Below, one piece after another: positions 27,846 through 36,650 of a DNA stretch of 64,000 nucleotides. The position numbers and the translations under genes are program-made. Source of the DNA: Candidatus Bathyarchaeota archaeon (GTDB lineage: Archaea > Thermoproteota > Bathyarchaeia > 40CM-2-53-6); the NCBI GenBank assembly GCA_005884195.1, contig VBBP01000044.1, forward strand, positions 27,151-91,150. Direction: 5' to 3'. How positions within the stretch are numbered: position 1 is the stretch's first letter; each line of letters opens with the position of its first letter. Under the pieces are notes generated by a model. It worked only from the letters and a program-made list of their open reading frames with translations. It ran no database searches and had not been told where the DNA came from.

Positions 27846-28250
27846 TTACTCTGCCTTTGCAATTTCTAGAACTTTTTTCTCAATCTCGTTCCTAATCTTC
27901 CGGACCTCCTCAATCGATCTGCCCTTTGGATCGTCCAAGTTCCAGTCTACCAGCTTCTTTTGCATCGCCGCCACGATCGGTTTCGGACACGCTTCCTCGA
28001 CTGAGCAGCCCATCGTAATTACTAACCGTGCGTAGTTGATCATATCTGAAGTCAGCATCTTTGGTGATTTCCGGGAGAGGTCTATTCCCCGCTTTCGCAT
28101 CGCCTCGACCACGACCGGGTTAACGAGGCTGGAAGGAACGGTCCCTGCACTCGAAGCTCGCAGCCCAAATTTCTCAGCAAACGCTTGGGCCATCTGGCTA
28201 CGCCCAGCGTTCTCGACGCAAACAAACAGAATCTCTCCTTGTATGGGCAT
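27846..28250 (-). CDS. low-molecular-weight protein-tyrosine-phosphatase / ArsC-type arsenate reductase family
   Basis: 134 aa. N-terminal ILFVCVENAGRSQMAQAF is the CX5R(S) P-loop of the LMW-PTP/ArsC family. Confidence 0.8.
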   Translation of the reverse strand: MPIQGEILFVCVENAGRSQMAQAFAEKFGLRASSAGTVPSSLVNPVVVEAMRKRGIDLSRKSPKMLTSDMINYARLVITMGCSVEEACPKPIVAAMQKKLVDWNLDDPKGRSIEEVRKIRNEIEKKVLEIAKAE

Positions 28251-28370
28251 TATTGTTCACTGTAAGTGACGGGTCACGGTCAAAGGGACAGGGTTAACGG
28301 ATGCTAAAAAACGCCACATTGTTAGCGTAAGATTTAGAGGAGTCTCAGCGCGTTAGGAAGATGACAGCTA

Positions 28371-28556
28371 ATGGGAAACGCTCCGATGAAGAAGACGCCC
28401 TTCAAGTCCACGCACCAGTCTCGAAAGGTAACTTGTGAAAAGTGTGGAGAAACCTTTGACCGGTTCTTCTACGAGAAGATTCACAAAGACGTCTGCGGCG
28501 GGAAAGCAGCCTCAGCGCTGACACCGTCGACAAGATGGGTTCGCGGAAAACCCTAA
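28371..28556 (+). CDS. small C2H2-like zinc-finger protein
   Basis: 61 aa. CEKCGETFDRFFYEKIHKDVC. Confidence 0.3.
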   Translation: MGNAPMKKTPFKSTHQSRKVTCEKCGETFDRFFYEKIHKDVCGGKAASALTPSTRWVRGKP

Positions 28557-28923
28557 GACCAACCCCAGAATCACGGCTAACACCCATTTTGCGCCCTGAT
28601 CTCGATTCCAAGCCCGAGATTTCTAGACGCGGATTTTCCACGCTGATCCCAAGGGGAACACACGGGTATCTAGAAACCCGAGACAAGCCCAGAACACCGC
28701 TTCCTCAAGAAAACCAGCCCAAATCGGTTTCAGACAGAAAGAGGATCTGGGAAATAAATTCGTATAACTTTTGCAGGAACCCCGTATGCGAGAGCGGCCC
28801 TCGCCGGACGCAGTTGAAAGTAACCCCTGCGCGTGTTACATGAAAGGTTCTTCCAAGAAGGCCTCCTCGGGGAATTTCCCCCGAATTAAGGTTGAAGTGG
28901 GACCCTAGCAATTCACCGTTCTC

Positions 28924-29751
28924 ATGCAGGCTACAGTCGAGCCGTTCGCCAAGCTGAACAATGGAATAATGATTCCGCGTCTCGGCCTCGGAGTATACCA
29001 ATCGCCTCCCGGAGAGGTAACTCAGGGAGCAGTAGAGTACGCTCTGAAGGTCGGATACCGCCACATCGACACCGCACGAATCTACGGTAACGAGTCAGAT
29101 GTCGGTGCTGCACTCTGCAAGAGCGGGATAAAACGCGAAGACATGTTCATAACCACCAAGCTCTGGAACAGCGACCAGGGCTACGAGACAGCGCTGAAAG
29201 CCTGCGATGACAGTCTCAAGCGGCTCGGACTGAAATATCTCGATCTCTATCTAATCCACTGGCCAGTCCCGGAGGTCAGGAACGAGAGCTGGGACGCGTT
29301 AACCAAATTATTGAAGGATGGGAAATGCCGGTCTATCGGTGTCAGCAACTACACCATTCAGCATCTGACCGAGCTTCTCGAAGATGCAGATGTGGTTCCG
29401 ATGGTGAACCAGGTGGAGTTCAGCCCCTTCCTCTACCAGAAACAACTCCTAGACTACTGTGAGAAGAACAAGATACAGGTTGAAGCGTACAGCCCCTTAA
29501 CACAGGGCGCGAAGCTCAACCATCCAACGATCCAGCAGATCGCTAAAAAACACGGCAAGACCCCGGCTCAAGTGTTGCTGCGCTGGAGTCTCCAACACAA
29601 CCTGGTAACCATACCCAAATCGGTCAGAGAAGAGAGGATCAAGGAGAACAGCCAGGTGTTCGACTACAACCTCACAAGCGAGGATATGAGAGTACTTGAT
29701 TCGCTGGACGAGAACTTTCGAAACTCTTGGGACCCGACAAACGCGCCCTGA
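28924..29751 (+). CDS. aldo/keto reductase (2,5-diketo-D-gluconate reductase-like)
   Basis: 275 aa. GLGVYQ, YRHIDTARIYGNE, the LWNSD catalytic tetrad context, IHWP, GVSNY and PKSVREERIKEN are all classic AKR motifs. Confidence 0.9.
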   Translation: MQATVEPFAKLNNGIMIPRLGLGVYQSPPGEVTQGAVEYALKVGYRHIDTARIYGNESDVGAALCKSGIKREDMFITTKLWNSDQGYETALKACDDSLKRLGLKYLDLYLIHWPVPEVRNESWDALTKLLKDGKCRSIGVSNYTIQHLTELLEDADVVPMVNQVEFSPFLYQKQLLDYCEKNKIQVEAYSPLTQGAKLNHPTIQQIAKKHGKTPAQVLLRWSLQHNLVTIPKSVREERIKENSQVFDYNLTSEDMRVLDSLDENFRNSWDPTNAP

Positions 29752-29756
29752 CAATC

Positions 29757-29772
29757 TCGATTTTTTCTTTCT
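29757..29772 (+). terminator. oligo-T tract downstream of the AKR gene (archaeal-type terminator candidate)
   Basis: cgaTTTTTTCTTTCTcc begins 6 nt after the AKR stop. Confidence 0.3.
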
Positions 29773-29818
29773 CCGATCTCTATCCTACTTATCCACCGAC
29801 CAACCCGCCAATCCTCCT

Positions 29819-30046
29819 ATGATATGCGCCGAGTGTCTCAGAGACCTCCAAGACGTGGTCAAAGCCGACGACTCCAACCTCTACCTCTGCGGACTTTGCC
29901 ATGAAAAAGAGAGAGTCCACTGGAAAATACTCTTATCGACAGATATGGAAGAACAAGCGTTCCTCGCCAATACGCTCAGAGTGATCGAGCGAGCCGACCA
30001 GTCCCGGCCGAAGGACTATGGAAGACCGCCGTCTAGGCCGAGCTAA
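29819..30046 (+). CDS. small zinc-binding protein (CxxC...CxxC)
   Basis: An internal ATG at 29819 gives MICAECLRDL...LCGLCHEKERVHWK. 75 aa. Confidence 0.35.
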   Translation: MICAECLRDLQDVVKADDSNLYLCGLCHEKERVHWKILLSTDMEEQAFLANTLRVIERADQSRPKDYGRPPSRPS

Positions 30047-30089
30047 GGAAGACCAGGAATCAGACTAGTCGAAGCTCCAAGGACATAGT

Positions 30090-30656
30090 CTAGAATGGTT
30101 TGCCGCAGGACCCGCAGAACCGAGTCCCAGCCGCGTTCCGTGCTCCACACTTGTTGCAGACAAGTCCCTGCATCTGAGGAGGTTGTTGCTGGAGCATAGC
30201 AGCCGTCGGCATTGCCGGCGCCATTCCAGCATAGCCCGTTGAGAACGGAGTCTGGAACCGTGAGATGTTCGATCGTATGATCCCGTAAGCCTTCTCCGCA
30301 TCACTGTTCGGGAGATCGTTGAGATTCAACGGATCACCGCCAAACCTTAACGTAATCTTCACAGTTGACCGGAGTATTCCCTTGTCAAGAATCGCGTTAG
30401 CAACATCCGTATAGTTGAAATCTGTAAAGTCCTTCTTCAAACCCAGAGCATGAGGGTGACGCAGAATAATCCGCTGAGAGGTCAAAACCACAGAATCAAT
30501 GTTGATCTTTGGATGATAGATCTTCTGCTGGATAAACAACTCAACCTGCTCACCAGGCCCAAGTATCTGCGCAATGTCAGAAGGGACGTTTCCCAAGACC
30601 AGAACCTTCCAGCAAGCTTCAAGGATAATCGGCAATATCTGTTTTTCAGTACCCAA
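30090..30656 (-). CDS. PH-like (bacterial PH / GRAM-like) domain protein with C-terminal zinc ribbon
   Basis: 188 aa. The N-terminal about 120 aa have bPH-like beta-sandwich character (LTSQRIILRHPHALGLKKDF...). The C-terminal CNKCGARNAAGTRFCGSCGKPF is a classic Zn-ribbon after a Gln/Pro-rich linker. Confidence 0.45.
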   Translation of the reverse strand: MGTEKQILPIILEACWKVLVLGNVPSDIAQILGPGEQVELFIQQKIYHPKINIDSVVLTSQRIILRHPHALGLKKDFTDFNYTDVANAILDKGILRSTVKITLRFGGDPLNLNDLPNSDAEKAYGIIRSNISRFQTPFSTGYAGMAPAMPTAAMLQQQPPQMQGLVCNKCGARNAAGTRFCGSCGKPF

Positions 30657-30815
30657 CTATCTGTCCTGAAAAATCAGAATTCAGGGGATCCGGCACTCCG
30701 TTGAAGCAACACTTTCACAGAAACCGGGATTCATAGTCCCCTCACGATACCATAGACGACCCCATTCTTCCAACGATTAAATAGACCGAACAGAGCTCGG
30801 GCTCTTGAACCAATA

Positions 30816-31241
30816 ATGCAAGCTCAAACTCAGATGTCAAAAGGCGAACTATTACTAGAGATGCAAGGCAAAACAGTATCGCGCACAATCAAAGAGATCA
30901 GCCCAATGGGCGTCAGAATGCAGATCAACGACGAGGGACAAGCAACCGGCAAGTTCAACGCAAACACAATCAACACAGTCAACGTCTTCCTCAAGACCGA
31001 CGGCACCAACGAATGGGAGTCCAAAGGACTCCAGACCACCAAGGAAGGCGATATGATCGTCGTCAGCAGCCGCGGAACCGGCCGCATGGCCAACCCTACC
31101 ACAGGTACATGGCAAGGCGACGCAGTCTTCATGACCCAGTCTCCGAGACTCGCATGGCTCAACAACACCAAGGGCTGGATAGAAGGCAGCGGCGACATGG
31201 CCCAAGGCACCTATCACGGCAAAATCTACGCCAAGAAGTAG
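30816..31241 (+). CDS. hypothetical beta-rich protein
   Basis: 141 aa. The antisense ORFs covering the same region look like translational noise (A/G/L/V/C-rich), so the plus strand was preferred. Confidence 0.4.
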   Translation: MQAQTQMSKGELLLEMQGKTVSRTIKEISPMGVRMQINDEGQATGKFNANTINTVNVFLKTDGTNEWESKGLQTTKEGDMIVVSSRGTGRMANPTTGTWQGDAVFMTQSPRLAWLNNTKGWIEGSGDMAQGTYHGKIYAKK

Positions 31242-31342
31242 CAAACTGACAGTATTCAGTCAAACCTCAATTATTCTTTTTCTTGCGAGACCAGGCAGAC
31301 GCCCGGCCCGACCGAACCTACAGAGTGCGCTGTAGACCACGA

Positions 31343-31582
31343 TCACGCTAAGAGGCTAGCTGTAGCTTTCGTAAGCTTCCGGATCTCCTCTTCTAACGGA
31401 TCCAGCTCGATCTTCTTGTACAAGAAGGGAACACCGACCACCATGCAGAACCATTCAGCCATCTCCCTCGCATCAGGGAAGATGAAGACAGTCCCGTCCA
31501 CAGTCGTTACCGTCCAGCCATTCTCCACCTGATCAATCTTGTAAGACAACTTTATCGTCCGAATACTAGAAAACTTGTCCAA
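31343..31582 (-). CDS. hypothetical protein
   Basis: 79-aa ORF at the distal end of the minus-strand operon. Confidence 0.35.
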   Translation of the reverse strand: MDKFSSIRTIKLSYKIDQVENGWTVTTVDGTVFIFPDAREMAEWFCMVVGVPFLYKKIELDPLEEEIRKLTKATASLLA

Positions 31583-31782
31583 GCTTACACACGTCCCCCA
31601 AGGTCAATCTACGAGCTCCAGAACAGCTCGACAGACCGGTCGCCTTCGCCTCACGACAGGACTCGCTCAACCGGCAATATGAGAATGGTGTTCCCCACTC
31701 CATCGTGGCCAAAGAACCCGCCTTGGAGCTAAGACGCGAGAAGGAGACTTCAAGGAACCCGGAAGCCCGAAAGTAGGCACAA

Positions 31783-32256
31783 TTACCCGCGTATTCTCTC
31801 GATGCTGAGCGGCTTCAGTTTCCCCTCAAGCCATAAGCCTGCATAGTTCTCTTCCCGTGGAACCCACTCTAGCTTAACCCGGCCTAACTTCTTGCTAGAG
31901 TCCCTCGCCTCCTCGCTCAGCTCGATGAGTTTGGAATCCTCAACCCGCCATTCTCCATTGACCTGGTTCACCACGAGCTGAGAGTCCGAACGAATCAAGA
32001 TCTCACCGATGCCACCTTGGATTCTTCCAGTTGCTTTGTCTGCCCACCGCTCCGTGATCAGCGCTAGTGCCTTGAGCAACGCGTAGTACTCTGCCTCGTT
32101 GTTAGTCCTGTCTCCAATAGGCTGCCAGTAGATCCTGAACTTGCCAGGCTCGATCGTATCGGACGAGTCCGCGTAGGCGATCGCAATCCTCGCATTTCGA
32201 GGCAGACTATTCTGCTCGTTCCCCCGACTCTCCCCATCGATGTAGAAGATCGGCAA
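31783..32256 (-). CDS. rnhA: ribonuclease HI (RNase H type 1)
   Basis: 157 aa. YIDGESRGN (first Asp), TNNEAEYYALLKALA (Glu), IRSDSQLVVNQVNGEW (Asp) and a C-terminal region consistent with RNase H1 catalytic residues. Confidence 0.75.
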   Translation of the reverse strand: MPIFYIDGESRGNEQNSLPRNARIAIAYADSSDTIEPGKFRIYWQPIGDRTNNEAEYYALLKALALITERWADKATGRIQGGIGEILIRSDSQLVVNQVNGEWRVEDSKLIELSEEARDSSKKLGRVKLEWVPREENYAGLWLEGKLKPLSIERIRG

Positions 32257-32284
32257 ATTCGAGTCCGGCCCAAAGGATACTTGG

Positions 32285-33892
32285 TTAGAAGGTCCAGCCG
32301 AACATCTTCATGATAAACGGCGTAACATCAGCCTCGATCAAGCCCGCTATGAAGAAGAGCGGTGCAAGCCCTACGACAACGTAGACAGCCAGCCTCATAG
32401 TTTTTGAAAGGTACGCATCACTTTCCGGCCCAGGTCGAAACTTGGTCTTAAGAGCCGCATATCCCAGTCTCATCCCAGCTGATCCTGCCAAGAGAAACGA
32501 TGGAATCTCGATAATTCCATGCGGCAAGATAGCCGCAGAGAACATTGTCAAGCTCGGCGAGAGCTGTGGACCCACCAGAACTCCAAGCGTGAAACCTGTG
32601 AACATTATCGAGATGAAGCTTGGAGCCGCGAACCCCAGCCCGGAAAACGCAGTTGCAAAAGAGACGAACCAATTGTTGAGAAAAATAGCGACGCCGTCAA
32701 CGGGTGTCGCGGCCGTAAACTGTCGGAAGTCAGGGTTGCCGTGTCCTGGTTGAGCGCCAAGGCCCAAGAGACTGCTTCCCACCCCGCTAACAGACACGTT
32801 GTAACCTAGGTAGATTCCTATAGCAAGAGCTGCAAAAGATGCAGCATGAAAGGGAAGATTTCTAGGTCCAACAACAAACCTAAGCCCTTCCCCTAGCCCA
32901 GCTCTAATCTTAAGCCAGACTGCACGCGGCAACCTACGCATTACATCTCGCCAAATGAGGTTGGAGATCTGGAACGGGGTCTCCCTAACCGACTGTCCTG
33001 CGTGGTAGTATATCATCGACTTTGTCAGGTGAAGGATCGGCGTTAGGATGAAGCTCAAGGTCACCACGATGAAGGCCGTTGAAAGTGAAGCCGCCACTCC
33101 TAACCCGTTCGCCAGGTAAGTAACGAGGAGGAGAAGACCTTGGAATATGATTCGGACAATCGAGTAGGTCAAGGTGAGCCCGAGATTGTGGCTTGCAACT
33201 CTGAAGCTCCGGCGGACGGCTCCCATGCCAGAGGCCCCATCCACAACTACTGCAGGGTACGAGTACACAGTGAACACAGACAATATTAGAGATGCAAAGA
33301 AGAGCGGTTGAAACGCGTAGGAAGCGGCAAGAAGTGCAACCACTCCTGCTGGACTGTTTATGTTCGCGAGCGAAGCTACTATCAACCCGAGACCTATCGC
33401 TGCAGGACCCCAGGTAACAAGGTTCGAGACTAGCAGAGTCCACGCCATCGACATCCACCTCCTGGAGCCATTAGATACAACTGCAGAGATTGGGATGCTC
33501 TCGCTGTTCCAGGCTTCCAAGTATGTTCCATATTCGGAAGAGTAAACCCAGCCTCCTCCCAGAAGCGCGACAAGAATCAGTGCGACAAACACTCCTGTTG
33601 ACAACGGTATGTTCGTGAACCAAAACGCGGGGTTCAGAAGAACGCCTAGCAATCCCCCTGACCTCGAGCTGATCATAGCGGCGAAGAGTCTTGCCAGCTG
33701 AGTGTCTGCAGGCTCACTGATGAGGAGAAGCATCACAGCCAGAGTTATGACAGACTGAAGAATGAGCGATAGCCCACTCTGGAGCATTGACGGAACTATG
33801 ATTGCCGGATGTTTCCTCCAAGTCCAATAGGATCTAAGAAAGATCCTGTCAAAGAAGATCCTCTTCAGACCGAGGAGTGCGTTTCTTGACAT
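32285..33892 (-). CDS. large polytopic membrane protein with C-terminal DUF95/SpoIIM-like domain
   Basis: 535 aa, at least 12 TM. The C-terminal third (...ILPHGIIEIPSFLLAGSAGMRLG...FFIAGLIEADVTPFIM) matches the stage-II-sporulation-protein-M/DUF95 signature (ilPHGiiEipa...liEAfvtp). Confidence 0.55.
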   Translation of the reverse strand: MSRNALLGLKRIFFDRIFLRSYWTWRKHPAIIVPSMLQSGLSLILQSVITLAVMLLLISEPADTQLARLFAAMISSRSGGLLGVLLNPAFWFTNIPLSTGVFVALILVALLGGGWVYSSEYGTYLEAWNSESIPISAVVSNGSRRWMSMAWTLLVSNLVTWGPAAIGLGLIVASLANINSPAGVVALLAASYAFQPLFFASLILSVFTVYSYPAVVVDGASGMGAVRRSFRVASHNLGLTLTYSIVRIIFQGLLLLVTYLANGLGVAASLSTAFIVVTLSFILTPILHLTKSMIYYHAGQSVRETPFQISNLIWRDVMRRLPRAVWLKIRAGLGEGLRFVVGPRNLPFHAASFAALAIGIYLGYNVSVSGVGSSLLGLGAQPGHGNPDFRQFTAATPVDGVAIFLNNWFVSFATAFSGLGFAAPSFISIMFTGFTLGVLVGPQLSPSLTMFSAAILPHGIIEIPSFLLAGSAGMRLGYAALKTKFRPGPESDAYLSKTMRLAVYVVVGLAPLFFIAGLIEADVTPFIMKMFGWTF

Positions 33893-34747
33893 CTAAGCAA
33901 CCCCAGCGCTGGTACTGGTACCATCAGGTAGCGCCCGAAGTATGTCGGCTTCGAGTTTAGAATGGTAATGGAAGTGGCCTGTTGGGTCTCGGATGGATAG
34001 GTCGATCCAGAAGATGGAAAACGCCCCGATGGTCAGATAGACCAGAATAAGAGCGCCAGCGGCGCCCAGCACGAATGCCGAGAAAAGTTCGATCACCGAA
34101 CAGATAACGACGATGATGCCCAGAGTATCGTGTGGACGAACTGGAGCATATCTGACGGGAATGCCTTGCATCCCTATGCTTCGAAGCGTCCTGTCAACGT
34201 CCTCGAAGACCAAACCCTCCAGGCGGTTGTGGTTCGCGAGATCTCGTGAGAGGCGCAGTTGTGCCACGGCAAGGAAAATCCAGCCAACGAAAGGAATCAG
34301 GGACAGGAGCGCCCAGAGAACAGCACTTCTCTCCCTCTCGACTTCCGCGAGTTTGTTGAAGCCTTCTTCAGCCGAGTTCAGGGGAAGTAGCGCTTGCGTG
34401 CCGGATATTCCCACCCGCGCTTCAAGCGCACTAAGAGCGCTTAAGAGTAGAGCCCGAGTTCTACTCGAATGCTCGTTTGCCCTATTCACCAATATGAACA
34501 CCAAGTAGGACCCTGCTGCGGATGCAGCCAACCCGAGGGTGCCTAGCCCACTGATAACGAGGGTCAGGTCACTTGTACCGAGACCCGCGCCATCTGACCA
34601 CCAGGCGACGGCAAAGACCGCCCACAGGAGATAGCTCGCGAGAGGCAACAACAACCACGCAATGGGAATTTCAATGTCTGTCCTCAACCTCATCTGAACT
34701 AGAGTTGAAAGAGAAGGTTCCTGGCCGACGAGTTGTGGAGAGGTCAT
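33893..34747 (-). CDS. 4-TM membrane protein, paralogue of the adjacent 34773-35594 gene
   Basis: 284 aa. Shares with its neighbour the layout 2 TM, cytoplasmic helical domain, 2 TM, and the motifs [IL]V.R.N.H, GW[IF]. and C-terminal DP..HF (IRDPTGHFHYH versus VTDPNNHFQQQ). Confidence 0.45.
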   Translation of the reverse strand: MTSPQLVGQEPSLSTLVQMRLRTDIEIPIAWLLLPLASYLLWAVFAVAWWSDGAGLGTSDLTLVISGLGTLGLAASAAGSYLVFILVNRANEHSSRTRALLLSALSALEARVGISGTQALLPLNSAEEGFNKLAEVERERSAVLWALLSLIPFVGWIFLAVAQLRLSRDLANHNRLEGLVFEDVDRTLRSIGMQGIPVRYAPVRPHDTLGIIVVICSVIELFSAFVLGAAGALILVYLTIGAFSIFWIDLSIRDPTGHFHYHSKLEADILRALPDGTSTSAGVA

Positions 34748-34772
34748 AATGACACAGACGGAATTTCTCGCC

Positions 34773-35594
34773 CTAGATTGGGGGTGGTGCAGGAATCGGG
34801 GCTGGAGACAGTGCGGCAGACAGCTGAGCCATGATTGTGTCCTCCATCAACATTTGTTGTTGGAAATGGTTGTTAGGGTCAGTGACTAGCACGTAGACCC
34901 AATAGACCCCGAAGATGCTTCCGGTTATCAGGGTCAGGACAAAGTAAAGCGCAAAGCTTCTTTCTGGTATCGGCGGGTTTCGGTAGGGGAAATTCATCGG
35001 AACTCCCAGAGCATTAAAGGTTCGAAGCATGTCGTTGATGAATAGATCTTCTCTCCTCTCGTGTTTGAAGAAGTCCTTCATGAGGAAATAGCCGGCGTAA
35101 AACCAGCCGAACGGGCCGATGATCGCGTATAGGGTTGCGTTCTTCTCCATTTGTTCAAGCCGCGTCTCTTTCACGCTTCTGTCCATGTTGTTAAGGAGAA
35201 TTGAGATGTCAATACCCTTCTTCGCCGCGAGCTCCCTGGCCATGCTCACTGCGTCTTCATAGAGGAGAATCTGCCGGTTGAAGTGGGTGTTGCGACGACT
35301 CACTAGTTTGAAGACCAAAACGGAGACCAAGACGAGCACGATGAAATAAGTGAGATATGAGAGAATTAGTGCCCCAAATAGAGCTACAATCAACGGTCCT
35401 ATTGTTGTGATTGTGGAATTTGTGGGGGTGGTGGTCCGAGGAATGCTGGCTATTACCGCGAAAAGGATTATGGTTGCCGCTATTCCCCCGATAATAGGGA
35501 GTAATGGAACAATCGCCCAGGCGCCTGACATGTGCTTGTCGCTTTCGAGCCGCGTTCGAAGATCACGCCTCAGGTTCTCAAGTGGGATGCTCAA
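34773..35594 (-). CDS. 4-TM membrane protein, paralogue of 33893-34747
   Basis: 273 aa. See the paralogue. Pro-rich C-terminal tail. Confidence 0.45.
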   Translation of the reverse strand: MSIPLENLRRDLRTRLESDKHMSGAWAIVPLLPIIGGIAATIILFAVIASIPRTTTPTNSTITTIGPLIVALFGALILSYLTYFIVLVLVSVLVFKLVSRRNTHFNRQILLYEDAVSMARELAAKKGIDISILLNNMDRSVKETRLEQMEKNATLYAIIGPFGWFYAGYFLMKDFFKHERREDLFINDMLRTFNALGVPMNFPYRNPPIPERSFALYFVLTLITGSIFGVYWVYVLVTDPNNHFQQQMLMEDTIMAQLSAALSPAPIPAPPPI

Positions 35595-35717
35595 GATTGT
35601 GACTCCTCTGAAATCGGGCAGGCATCGATTTTTCTATTTAAGACAATAGAATGTCTCTCATTTCTGCTTGTGCAGTCGGGAAAGCCTCGCTCATCGGCTC
35701 TTTGGCTTGCTCAGTCT

Positions 35718-35724
35718 TTAAATG
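35718..35724 (+). promoter_or_regulatory. TATA-box-like element TTTAAAT upstream of the tRNA gene
   Basis: Located 28-34 nt upstream of the tRNA 5' end (35752), the expected archaeal TATA position. Confidence 0.4.
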
Positions 35725-35751
35725 ACCCGGGCCTTTTGGGGTTCGATTTGT

Positions 35752-35873
35752 GCGGCCGTGGTCTAGCCTGGTCTATGATATCAGCCTGCCATTGCTAGGC
35801 TTAGCAGAACGCTGACGACCCGGGAAACCGCCTCAACAGCGGTTCGGGAATTCAAATCCCGGCGGCCGCACCA
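35752..35873 (+). tRNA. tRNA-Gly (anticodon GCC) with two introns: an 18-nt intron at the canonical 37/38 site and a 26-nt intron in the T-arm (53/54). Genomically encoded CCA.
   Basis: Acceptor stem GCGGCCG (35752-58) with CGGCCGC (35863-69), 7/7 bp, A73, CCA. D-arm GTCT-AGCCTGGTCTA-TGAT. Anticodon stem TCAGC (35781-85) with GCTGA (35811-15), 5/5 bp. Loop CTGCCA|C with a hairpin-forming intron TTGCTAGGCTTAGCAGAA. T-stem CCGGG (35820-24) with CCCGG (35858-62) and T-loop TTCAAAT after removing the hairpin insert AAACCGCCTCAACAGCGGTTCGGGAA. The spliced length is exactly 75 nt plus CCA. Confidence 0.7.
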
Positions 35874-36132
35874 TCAACGATGGACCTGTTTGTGAGATTG
35901 TCTTGATTCGAGCAAATTCGATTAGAGTCCCATGCTGTTGATTACGTTTGCAGAGTTTCCGTCCAAAACAAGGATAATCTTGTCGCCTTTTCGTATCTTG
36001 ACGACCTTATCGAAATATGCGACAGCTCGGCGTCGGAACAGACCTCCTCAGAAGATAGCGCAGAACTCCTCTCCAATGCCCACATCTGCTCAGAAAAGTA
36101 GATATTCGCCAGATTGAATCTCAAACACTTCA

Positions 36133-36528
36133 ATGAACGATCCAGAATTCCTCAGAGCGTTCCATGAATCTACGCTCTCATCTGGCGATTTCAGACACCT
36201 TGGACATCTTAGGCTCGCGTGGCTCGTTCTGAGAAGACATAGTCTTGAAGATGCATTGCAGATTGTTTCTCTTGGAATAAGGCAGTATGCGAACTCCAAA
36301 GGGGCTGGTGGCATGTATAATGAGACCCTTACCCAGTTCTGGATACGCATCGTGAACCACGCCATTCAAGCACATCCGTCTGCTCAAGAATTCGAACAGT
36401 TCATCGACACTTTTCCGATCCTGCTGGACAAACAGCTTCCGTTCCATCATTGGCGACGAGAGACGCTTGGTGGCAGCCGTGCCCGTTCCAACTGGCTGGA
36501 ACCAGATTGGCGGCCACTCCTGTTCTGA
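36133..36528 (+). CDS. hypothetical protein
   Basis: 131-aa ORF. No motif. Confidence 0.35.
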   Translation: MNDPEFLRAFHESTLSSGDFRHLGHLRLAWLVLRRHSLEDALQIVSLGIRQYANSKGAGGMYNETLTQFWIRIVNHAIQAHPSAQEFEQFIDTFPILLDKQLPFHHWRRETLGGSRARSNWLEPDWRPLLF

Positions 36529-36650
36529 GCCGGTACAAATTTGAGCCGATAGTTCTAGGAACAAAGGTCTCTCACAATACACCCCGAACTCGGTCCATCA
36601 AAACGACAAGGGCTCAATCCTATTACCTCCGGTTGGAGTATTGTGGTAGC

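Noticed and set aside
28557-28923. Possible SRP RNA or RNase P RNA in the long intergenic gaps
   Set aside because: I searched by eye for the SRP domain-IV motif (GGAAG...AGCAGCC-like) and the RNase P P4 motif (AGGAAAGUCCGGGCUC-like). Neither is present.
30830-31244. Two minus-strand ORFs (126 and 129 aa) overlapping the plus-strand ORF 30816-31241
   Set aside because: Their translations are dominated by A/G/L/V/C/H runs typical of antisense frames, whereas the plus-strand product is a balanced, beta-rich protein.
36450-36650. N-terminal 67 residues of the 36450 ORF preceding the YgfZ/GcvT-like domain
   Set aside because: The sequence is W/R/T-rich and low-complexity, and it overlaps the 36133-36528 ORF. 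The family-conserved region begins near the internal ATG 36651.
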